64,000 bases of DNA, taken from a virus (Duplodnaviria; Heunggongvirae; Uroviricota; Caudoviricetes). The DNA lies in IMG/VR virus record IMGVR_UViG_3300046810_000041, positions 1 through 64,000 of that record. One strand, 5' to 3'. A program made the position numbers and the translations under genes. Below the pieces are notes generated by a model. It was not told where the DNA came from, ran no database searches, and was given only the letters and a program-made list of their open reading frames with translations. This document shows, one piece after another, positions 44,581 through 53,800 of the stretch (the stretch's first letter is position 1; every line of letters begins with the position of its first letter).

Positions 44581-45054
44581 ATGGCACTCGTCCCTGGAGT
44601 AAATTCATTCGTCTCTGTTCAAGAGTTCGATGATTTCTGCGGGGAACGTCTAGATATGGCAGCGGCATTCAATGCTGATGTGACCGCAAAGTCTGCAGCT
44701 TTGGTGTCCGCTACCGATCTTCTGAATGAGCTTCCTTGGACGGGTGTAGTGGTTGATCCTTCTCAACAACTCGCCTTTCCTAGAAGTGGTTGGTACTTCG
44801 ATCCACGAAGAGGTGGTCGTGTGAGTATGGAAGGAATTCCTGCTCGTATTAAACAAGCCACCTTTGAGCTTGCGCATCATCTTCTAGCGAATGAAGGTGT
44901 GCAGGACTCTTCCGGAGGAGTTCGGGGTTTGCAAGTGGGGCCAATCTCACTGAGCAATATCCGTGCTACTCCGGTAATTCCATCTAAGGTGTCCAATATC
45001 ATTCGTCCGATTCTTGTGAATCAAGGAGCGAGCGGGTGGTGGAGGGCTAATTAA
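44581..45054 (+). CDS. Head-tail joining/adaptor protein (hypothetical)
   Basis: ORF in the head-completion position. Confidence 0.4.
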   Translation: MALVPGVNSFVSVQEFDDFCGERLDMAAAFNADVTAKSAALVSATDLLNELPWTGVVVDPSQQLAFPRSGWYFDPRRGGRVSMEGIPARIKQATFELAHHLLANEGVQDSSGGVRGLQVGPISLSNIRATPVIPSKVSNIIRPILVNQGASGWWRAN

Positions 45055-45422
45055 TGGACTTCCGAAGACTTACCAAAGCTCAAGTCAAAAAGGCGTTCTC
45101 TTTGGTTAAATCTCTTGCTTATGACGTGACATTCCGAAAGGATGTTCCTGTTGGGTTTGACTTCAATAGTCAGACTGCTACAACTGGTCCTGTCAGTACG
45201 GTAACCCTTTCTGGTATTCCGGCAGGTAACGAAACAAGGCAAAGAGATACTGTACTTCAAAATGCAGAGGTCCAGAAGCTACTGTTTATCGCAGAAGGCT
45301 TCCCTGACCTGAAGCTATATTCGTCTGCCCAATTCAATGATTTAGATTGGAAGATTAGTGGACCCCAAAGTAATGATGGCTACGTCGTTACTGTTACCTT
45401 CGTGAGGGAGCGTAATGGGTAA
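45054..45422 (+). CDS. Head-tail connector/completion protein (hypothetical)
   Basis: ORF in the head-completion position; start and stop overlap the neighbouring genes. Confidence 0.4.
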   Translation: MDFRRLTKAQVKKAFSLVKSLAYDVTFRKDVPVGFDFNSQTATTGPVSTVTLSGIPAGNETRQRDTVLQNAEVQKLLFIAEGFPDLKLYSSAQFNDLDWKISGPQSNDGYVVTVTFVRERNG

Positions 45423-45822
45423 ATACACTGATCTAAGCGCGAATATCTTCTCTGTATTTGGCTCACCTGAATGGTCACTAGAGAAAATAAAAACATTCCC
45501 TTCTGACTTCACAGGTAAGGATGCGGGTACAGAGTATCTCAGAGTAACAATCATCCCTAGTGGTCATCAGGCTGCTAATACTCTTACATCCGTGAGTGGC
45601 ATTCTCATGGTAGAGATATTTACTGCTGCAGGTTTTGGCCCCAATCGAGCCTTAACTATCGCAGATAAGCTAGACACATACCTCGCAGGAAAAGTCTTCC
45701 GACTTGGTGAAGGGCAAACACAATTTGCTTCTTCGACTCTTGCAGGTGGAGCTCTTGATAAGGCTAACTCAAGCCTCTATCGAGACCTCTACTCAATTCC
45801 TTTTAATCACTTTGGAGTGTAA
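45415..45822 (+). CDS. Tail completion/terminator protein (hypothetical)
   Basis: ORF immediately upstream of the major tail gene. Confidence 0.4.
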   Translation: MGKYTDLSANIFSVFGSPEWSLEKIKTFPSDFTGKDAGTEYLRVTIIPSGHQAANTLTSVSGILMVEIFTAAGFGPNRALTIADKLDTYLAGKVFRLGEGQTQFASSTLAGGALDKANSSLYRDLYSIPFNHFGV

Positions 45823-45826
45823 ATTT

Positions 45827-46420
45827 ATGGCTCATATTAATTCTATCGGTACTGCAATGTTCACCGACCTGTCGGTTGCTACTGGCGTGGTCGCTTCGGG
45901 TGTCGCTGCTTCTCCGGCCCCGGCAACTCTGGACGCTGCTGGCTTCCAGGCTCTGTTCAGCACTGAAACCTCGGCTGCTGGTGGCTTCTCGCGCGTGAAG
46001 AACGTCCGTGACTTCCCGGCAATTGGTACGCCTGCAAACATCGTCAACGTTCCGGTCTATGGTTCGACGACTTCGCAGACCGTGCAGGGTCAGGCTGACG
46101 CTCCTTCGCTGGAAGTCACCATCAACTACGTCCCGGCTGATTGGGCTAAGGGCGTCGGTGGTACTGCTCTGGGTAACATGGTTGGTGACGGTACTCAACG
46201 TGCATGGCGCTTCACCCTGGCTCAGACCGACAGTCTGGGTACCACTGCTGCTACCAAGTATGCGTCGGTGGCTGCTGGTCTGGGCACGATCCAGAACTCG
46301 CAGTTCTTCTTCGTCGGTAAGCTGGAATCGCTGCTGGTGACTCCGTCGCTGACTGACGCTACCACTGCTACCCTGGCGTTCTCGATCCAGTCGCAGTTCT
46401 ACGGCCCGTTCACGTCGTAA
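45827..46420 (+). CDS. Putative major tail (tube) protein
   Basis: 198 aa, Ala/Thr/Gly-rich and beta-rich. Lies between the head-completion genes and the chaperone/TMP genes. Start trimmed to the ATG at 45827. Confidence 0.5.
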   Translation: MAHINSIGTAMFTDLSVATGVVASGVAASPAPATLDAAGFQALFSTETSAAGGFSRVKNVRDFPAIGTPANIVNVPVYGSTTSQTVQGQADAPSLEVTINYVPADWAKGVGGTALGNMVGDGTQRAWRFTLAQTDSLGTTAATKYASVAAGLGTIQNSQFFFVGKLESLLVTPSLTDATTATLAFSIQSQFYGPFTS

Positions 46421-46483
46421 TTAAGTAATACATGGAGGGTGTTCTTAGGAGCATCCTCCGCCTATCCCAATAAAGGAAATAAA

Positions 46484-46705
46484 ATGACAGTCAATAGCAC
46501 TGATGAAAAGGCTAAGCCGTTTAGCCGTGAGTATGTGTTGCGCACCACTGCGCGTCATATGCTGAAAGCTGTGGATACCAGCATCAATAAGACAATGGCA
46601 CGTATGCAAGAATTCGAAGGGAACCCTGAAATGGCCCAAGAACTTCTGCGCACTCTGTCCGATCTGAATGCTCTCAAAGCACGGATCAATCTGAACCCGG
46701 TCTAA
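46484..46705 (+). CDS. Hypothetical protein (73 aa)
   Basis: ORF trimmed to the ATG following an AGGAAAT Shine-Dalgarno-like context. Confidence 0.35.
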   Translation: MTVNSTDEKAKPFSREYVLRTTARHMLKAVDTSINKTMARMQEFEGNPEMAQELLRTLSDLNALKARINLNPV

Positions 46706-46755
46706 TAGACCTATTTGTAGTACATCAATCATTCAAATTTAAAGGAAATATCATC

Positions 46756-47067
46756 ATGGCTATCAATTCGTTCGCAGCACTGGTTGGCAAGAAAGTTCAA
46801 AAGACCGTCAAGTTCATGGGTCAAGACGTCGACATCACCAAACTGACCGTCGCTCACGTGGAAGCTATTCAAGAACAAGCAAAGGAAATCGAGAAGAATC
46901 CTGAAAAGGGTTTCGATGTCCTGAAGCAGATCATCCGTTCGTCGGCCGTTGGCGCTGAAGATATCTCGGATGAAGACTTCGCAAATATGCCTATGGATGA
47001 GCTGACCAAGCTGTCCAATGAGATCATGAAGTTCTCGGGCGTTGCTGGTGAAGGCGCGGGAAAGTAA
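46756..47067 (+). CDS. Tail assembly chaperone (lambda G-like), normal-frame product
   Basis: 103-aa acidic protein ending in a slippery heptamer. Lies immediately upstream of the TMP region. Confidence 0.55.
   Translation: MAINSFAALVGKKVQKTVKFMGQDVDITKLTVAHVEAIQEQAKEIEKNPEKGFDVLKQIIRSSAVGAEDISDEDFANMPMDELTKLSNEIMKFSGVAGEGAGK
47058..47064 (+). promoter_or_regulatory. -1 programmed ribosomal frameshift site G GGA AAG (the same heptamer as lambda G/GT)
   Basis: The heptamer is in the correct phase of the 46756 ORF, 1 nt before its stop codon. The -1 frame is open from 47052 through to 47438. Confidence 0.55.
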
Positions 47068-47438
47068 TACTCACTGCTGAAGAGATGAATATCTACGAAC
47101 TTGCCTTCCTTCTGCATAAGACGGTAGGTGAGGTTGTAGGTATGACATACGCTGAATACTTAGGTTGGCAAGCGTACTTTGCTGCAAGACCTGTAGGTTG
47201 GCGAGAAGACCAACGAGTTATGCCACTACTCCAAATTAAAGGAGTCAAGGCTAAACCTCATGAAATCTTCCCGTCTCTTATCCCAATCTACAATCCAGAA
47301 GAACCTGGAACTGTGGAAGACGGTATGGTCAAGGCATCTTCGCTCAAAAAGTCTGCGCTGTTCAGCAAGCTTATTGGTGCAACTGGTGGTGATAACGTTG
47401 ATATCTTTGGTACTAAAGGAGCAGAAAATGCGAGTTAA
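47064..47438 (+). CDS. Frameshift extension (T part) of the tail assembly chaperone; the GT fusion is 46756-47064 joined to 47064-47438
   Basis: The track ORF 47085-47438 is the downstream part of the -1 frame that opens at 47052. Confidence 0.5.
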   Translation, partial: VILTAEEMNIYELAFLLHKTVGEVVGMTYAEYLGWQAYFAARPVGWREDQRVMPLLQIKGVKAKPHEIFPSLIPIYNPEEPGTVEDGMVKASSLKKSALFSKLIGATGGDNVDIFGTKGAENAS

Positions 47439-47751
47439 AGTAACAGGTATTGACGCCACTATGAAGAGTATTCGTGCTCAGATCAAAGCCCAAACAAAGG
47501 CTAAGCTACCCGGTGTAGCTAGTAATCTGATCGATGCTCTTCATGATGCAACCCCAAAAGATACTGGTCATGCGGCTAACTCTTGGCGGTATGAAATTGT
47601 AGGTGATAAGGCAGTAATCACCAACCCTGTAGATTACATTGATGATCTTAACAGGGGAAGCTCTCAACAAGCTCCTGCTTTCTTTATCGAGAAAACGATT
47701 TTAGAAAACAAAGATGTAGTACCCGTTGGTGCTATTGTGTCCTACCGCTGA
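47428..47751 (+). CDS. Hypothetical protein (107 aa)
   Basis: ORF trimmed to the ATG at 47428. Confidence 0.4.
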   Translation: MRVKVTGIDATMKSIRAQIKAQTKAKLPGVASNLIDALHDATPKDTGHAANSWRYEIVGDKAVITNPVDYIDDLNRGSSQQAPAFFIEKTILENKDVVPVGAIVSYR

Positions 47752-47790
47752 CAAAGCCCTCTGATGGCTGACCTAATACGTCAATCGTCG
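47745..47790 (+). terminator. Hairpin agccctc...gagggct followed by TTTT
   Basis: Inverted repeat with a large loop and a T4 run, directly before the TMP start. Confidence 0.3.
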
Positions 47791-47820
47791 GAGGGCTTTT
47801 AACATTTAAGGAGGCTTGAT

Positions 47821-50800
47821 ATGTCAGGCGTAGCAATTGACGTACAAACAAGGTCTGACTCAGCGGAACGCGACCTTAAGAAAATAAACGAGTCGTTGAC
47901 AGGGATCCAAAAGACAACCGAAGGTGTGACTAAATCTTTGGCTAATATGGCCAAATCGATTGCACTATCTGCTGCATCGGTTGGTGGATTCGCTGCTATC
48001 GTACAAATCTCAGATCAGTTTACCAACCTCGGCAATAAGATTGCTCTGGTCACTGGTCGTACTAATGACATGGTCTATGCACAGACTAAGCTGCTGGACA
48101 TCACGGAAAGAACTCGTGGTTCCATCGATGATGCAGCTATGGCATTCGGTACATTTGGTAAAGCGCTGAAAGGCTCTGGTGCTTCTGTTGACTCTCTGCT
48201 CAAGGCTACTGAAGCTGTGCAGAAGGCTGTGGCAATCTCTGGCTCGTCCGCTGAGTCTGCTCAGGCCGCAATCATCCAGCTTGGCCAGGGTCTTAGCTCT
48301 GGTGTGCTGCGTGGTGAAGAGTTCAACTCGATCATGGAACAGACGCCCCGTATCGCCGTAGCTCTGGCAGACAGCCTGAATGTGTCTCTGGGTAACCTGC
48401 GTGCTATGGCCGCCGAAGGTAAGCTGACTTCGGATGTGGTGTTCAAAGGTCTGTTAAGCCAGACTAATCAGCTGAACAAAGAATTTGCTCTGCTTGCTCC
48501 TACTATGAGCCAAGGTGTACGTGCTAGTAAACAAGCCGTATCTGAGTTCGTAAATGAACTCTTAATTGGTCTTGGCGCAAGCGAGGCTGTAGGTGGTGTA
48601 ACAATGAAGATGGCTTCGGCTATTCGTGATCGTGCTAAGACAATCGCTGTCGATGCTGCAATCTTCATGGCTAACCTGCGAATGATGCTGGCCAACATTT
48701 CTGTGATTGGTAAACCGATCATCGACCTGTTCAAAGCAATCGGTACTCAAATCAAAGCTGCATTCCCTTCTTTCTGGATTTCTCGTACTCTGACGGGTGA
48801 TCTGGAATACGCTCTCCGTAAGATCGACCTTATGTTCGGTGGTACTCTGGAGATTATGGAGAAAGATGCAGAACACTTCTGGGACGACTTCCTGACAATT
48901 GACAGCCCTGTAGAGAAGGCTGTTAAGAAACTTAAACGTCTGACTCCTACTGAATGGTTCCACGAAGGTGTCCATAGTGGTGAGCTGAAAGCATTCTTCA
49001 GTACAGAAATGATGTATCTGTATGCTGATGCTTTGCGTGACCTTGCTACTGCCGTTGCTGACAATAGTAATAGCATGTACGCTTCGTACCGTGACTTCGG
49101 TCGTAAGATCACTGGTGTCTTCAAAGATGTTCAGATGTATTTCGGTCTCATTCCAGATACGCTGATTCGTATGCGAGTTGGTGCAGTAGATGCACTGATG
49201 TGGACTGTTGCACAATTGATCCGTGGCTTTACCGAGCTGGGAATCAAGGTGTATGACATCCGTCGTTACGTAAGTGAGACTCTGGGTGACACATATGTGG
49301 GTGTTGTGAATGCATTGAAAGATGTGTTTATGAACGCACCACGAATGCTCTTCAATGGTATCAAATCTGTGTTCGAGTATCTGGTCCGTGTAGCTGTTAA
49401 TACCGCTCAGATTATTGAGGACGCATGGAACAACAAGATTTATGGACCTATGGCTCTTGTCATTATGGGCATCCAAAAGATTGCTCGATTGATGAATGGT
49501 CTGGGTGAACAGAATCGTGCTGCTGAATTCTTCAAGACAGTTATCGCAATGTCGGTACGTATGGCTCAGGAAGCTGGTCGTGCTATTCAAGAATTTAGTG
49601 TAAAGATCATTCAGTACTTCTTCGAAATCTGGGATGCTGTTATTGGCCACTCCTGGTGGACTGATACTGTGGAGAGTGTGATCAACACCTCTGCTAGCCT
49701 GCTGTCTGATGTTGCAGGCCCTTTGACTAAGTTCTCCAAGTTTGTTGTAGGTCTCTTCAAGGATATCTGGAACAAGACGACTAATGGAGAAGGCTTCGCT
49801 GCTGTGGCTGATGCTATCGTTGCTGGTGTGGATAACATGGCAACCAACATTCGTCCAGGTTTTGCCAAGTTTAAGAAGACTGTTGTCGATGGTTATAAGT
49901 CGCTGGCTCAAGTCAGTACCTTCACGAATCCGCTGAAGAGCGTAGCTGGTTGGTATACTGGTAAGGTTGTAAAGCGCGAAATCTCGTATGACGTGTCTTG
50001 GGAACCGAGTGCAATGCAGAAGATGCTGCACAACTTTGATGTGATGACTTTCCAAGTGATGTTCAAGACTGCAATGATGGTCGACAAAGCTGGTAAGGCA
50101 ATCCATAAGTTCTGTGCTTATGTCATCGCTGAGTTCCGTGAAGTGTGGGATGCTGTTATCGGCCACTCTTGGTGGACTGATACGATCGATGGTGTGGTGG
50201 ATCAATCGAATAGCTTGATCAAGCGTACTAAAGATGCATTCAGTACTTTCAAGAACATGGTTGCTGACACATTCGATGCTCTGGCAGGCGCTGCAGGTAT
50301 GAAAACTACCTTCGCTAGTAGTCTCCAAGGACTCGGTCAACTGTTCGGTATCGTGGCTAACGACTTCAGTGATAAACTGGTAGCGGGTCTGGAAGTATTC
50401 AAAGACGAAATGCCACAAATCCTTAAGGCTGTCGGTATTGCTGCTGCTGGTTTTGCTGCACTGCTGTTACCTCTGGGTCCGTTTAAGAAAGCTGTTGTCT
50501 TTGCAATTGTTGATTCGCTCATCACTGCTTCGACACTGGTTTCTGAGAAGTTCTCGGAAGGTGTGTTCGGTGCTAGCTTCACCTTAGGTGCTGGTCGCGC
50601 AATCGGTCATGTAATCGCTTCTGTGGTTGCAAACTTCATTGCTGATCTTCCACAAATGCTGAATGCAATCGTAGGTCTTGTAAGCGGTTTTATTGAAGGT
50701 ATTACTAGCGGTCTTGCTTCGAAGATTCCGGTTATCGGTACTCTGATTGCTAAAGTCTTTGATGTAATTAACTTTACAGGATTGACTGGACCTTTAGGTA

Positions 50801-53800
50801 TTTTGGGTATGTACCTGTACGGTAATAGTATCCTGTCGTTCTTCGCTAAGCTCGGTATCTTTACAGACCGGATTGGTGCTCTGCAGTTGAGCTTGGAGAA
50901 TCTGGGTAAAATGCGTACTGACCTGTCTAGCCAGCAAGGTATTCTGGGTAAACTCATCTACGGTACCGTTGGTGCTAAATCGACTGTTGCTGGTATTGGC
51001 CTGATTTTGTCTTCGCTGGGTGCTTTCGATAGTATCTTCGCTGGTTCGTGGATCATGAAGATGGCTGCTAATGGTGGTCTGCTGACTGTGATGCTGGCTG
51101 GTGATAAAGGCATCGACAAGATTGCTGATACATTCTACAGCAAAGTCATGGGTCCATTGATGCTCAAGATCCAAGAAATGACTAAGAAGGTTAGTGTTGG
51201 TGGTAGCACGTTGAATGACATGCTGTTTGGGCCTGCTGGTTCTAACTTGGCAATCGTTGAAAGGGGTCGTGAGACTCTCGGTAAATGGATCGGCAAGATG
51301 GAAGACTACATTGTCGAGCAAGGCGCTAAATGGGGCAAGAAGGGTATGGACTTCATGACCATCCTTGTGATGGGTAGTGAACAAGATACCACTGTCAACC
51401 AGTTCAAATCTATGATGGATAAGATCGTAGATGTTGCCAAGAACGCTCTGAAGAAGATTGGCGAATACGCTATGAAGAGTGACTTCCTCAAGAAGGCATT
51501 CACAGGTGAAGACGGTAATGGCGGTCTGGTAGGCAAGTTCAAAGAGTTCATGGCTCGTCGTCGTACCCAAGCACCGCAGACTCAAGGTAGCCTCTTCGGC
51601 GGTTCTATCGATGAGCAAATTCGTCACGCTCAACGTCCAGCTAACCAGTCGCACGACCTGGTAAATCAGGGTGACCTGCTGGGTGGCGTTCCGATGATCA
51701 CTCGTCAGGCTGAAGCTGGTATGCAACGTGTCACTGTTGCTGCTAACCAGGCCAACCAAGCTGCTGCACGTATCGGTGGACCTACGGGTCTTCTGGGTCG
51801 TGTTGTGTTTGGTAAGTGGGGTCTGATTGGTCTGACTGCGGCTGTGGCTCTGGCATTCTCGTCGTTTGCAAAAGCTGCTGAAAATCAGCCTTACACGAAG
51901 AGCAACAAAGACTTCGGTATCTTTGACGGTATCAAAACTGTTCTGCAGTCGTTCATGGAGAATGATCCAATCAAAACCTATGTCACTGGTGCTCTCGTAA
52001 TTCTGGGTACTTTGACTGCATTCTTCCCTGGCACTATGGTTCCCGCAATTGGTGGAGCTATGAGTCTGGTTGGTAGCATTATCGCAAGCGCTTTCAGCCC
52101 TGGTGTACTTGCTGCATTTGGTACTGCATTTAGCGCGCTGACTGCCTTTATTGGTGCTAATGCAATGCGTTTGAAACTGGCTCTTGGCGGTATGATTGCT
52201 GGTGGTGCTGCTGGTGCTGCTTTAGGTGCTAACAATAATGATATGATGCTGCTTATGGGTATGGCTACAATGGCTTCTCAAGCTATTATGGCGATTCCTG
52301 CAGTAACAAGAGCTGCTCTTCTGGCATCTTTGGCATCGTTTGGTAAATGGGTTGCTGGTGTTATCGCTGGATTTATGGCGATTGAAGCTGCTGCTATCGA
52401 AGCATGGGCTGTCGCTCTGTGGCCGTTCGTTCTCGGTGCCGCTGCTATTGCTGGTACATTCGCTACTATTCTGCAACTGTTTGGTGAAGGCGAAGGATTC
52501 CTGGAAAAGTGGGACAACTTCATGGACAGTATTTACCAGAAGTTTGGTTGGCTGGAGAAAGGTGTTAGCCGAGTCCGTAAGAATATCGAGAACAAGATTG
52601 ATCCAAAAGATCGTAAGTTCGAAGGTATGGACCTGTCTTACAGCTTGGATGGTATTGATCTGAAAGCGATCGATGTCGGTATTACCAAGAGCCTGGACAA
52701 AGTCACTGACAAGATGGCTGAAGCTGTTAAGCAAGCTAAAGAACAGAAAGACCTGCAAGGCGAAGTTGAAGATAGTACAATGAAGACTATCCGCGAACTG
52801 AAGAAGCAACTGGATAACGTGATTGCGAAAGCACGAGCTGCATCCCGTAAGGATCTGGGTGATCAACTGAAAGATGCTAACGCATCCAATCAGCATGACC
52901 CTGATCGTGAGCGTGGTTTCTTTGGTCGTATGAAAGATAGCTTCCTGAACTACAGTCTGCATAAGAAGTATGACAGCGATGAAGCTCGTTTGAAGCGTAT
53001 TCTGGAACGTGATCCTGGTAATACTCAAGCTATTAAAGAGCTGGATGATATCAAAGGTAAGCGTCAAACTGAGTACAAAGCAAACTACAACTTTGCTGAT
53101 GACTTCACGAAAGATCTTCAAGCTACTTGGAACAAGATTGACCCGACATTCTCTATTGTGGCTGACATCAATCAGTCGTCTACTGAGAAGACGGACAATA
53201 CTCGTCTCAAGGACAATTTCGAAGCTGCTGTGGCTAACCTGAACAAGGCTAACCGCAGGGTCTTAGAAGTAGAAGATAGTGGCTACTCTAACTCCAGCGG
53301 TAGAAAGAGCATTGCTTACCGTACTGCTGATATGAATCGTGATAGCGCGAGAGCTGCTGTTAAGATGCTGTCGGAACAGTATTTGGCTGCACAGCAGGCT
53401 GAGAAGGCGATTCAAGAATACCAAGCTGGTCTCGGTACTCTGGATACTCAACTCAAAGAACTGAATATCACGTATGAAGCTGGTGGTCTTTCGGCGGCTG
53501 GTGATACTGTGTATGCAACTGCTGAAGCTCAAAGAGCCCGTGCAGAAGCTATGAAAGCTGGTAAGACTGAGGAAGAAGTCAACAAGGCTTCCCAGGATGC
53601 GTACGAAGAAGCTTACCAGAATAGTCTCAACCGATACAAAGGTACTGTAGCTATCTTGGCTCAACTTCAGAAATCGTTGAAGCGTACTAAGAATGGTTAC
53701 CAAGACCTTCAGAAGCAGCTTGAACTGCGTGATGGTAAAGCGGAGAATGCGGTCGATGTTCGTCAAGGGCAAGATCGTAATCAGCTGAATCCTGACCAAC

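Noticed and set aside
48562-50418. 618-aa ORF on the minus strand, plus the similar long minus-strand ORFs at 53263-55020, 50794-51759, 52222-53121, 55660-56544 and 43273-44562
   Set aside because: They lie antisense to the tape measure and capsid genes, which have strong family motifs on the + strand. Their translations are Cys/His/Ser/Thr-rich low-complexity strings. Every supported gene in the window is on the + strand, so these are antisense frame artefacts.
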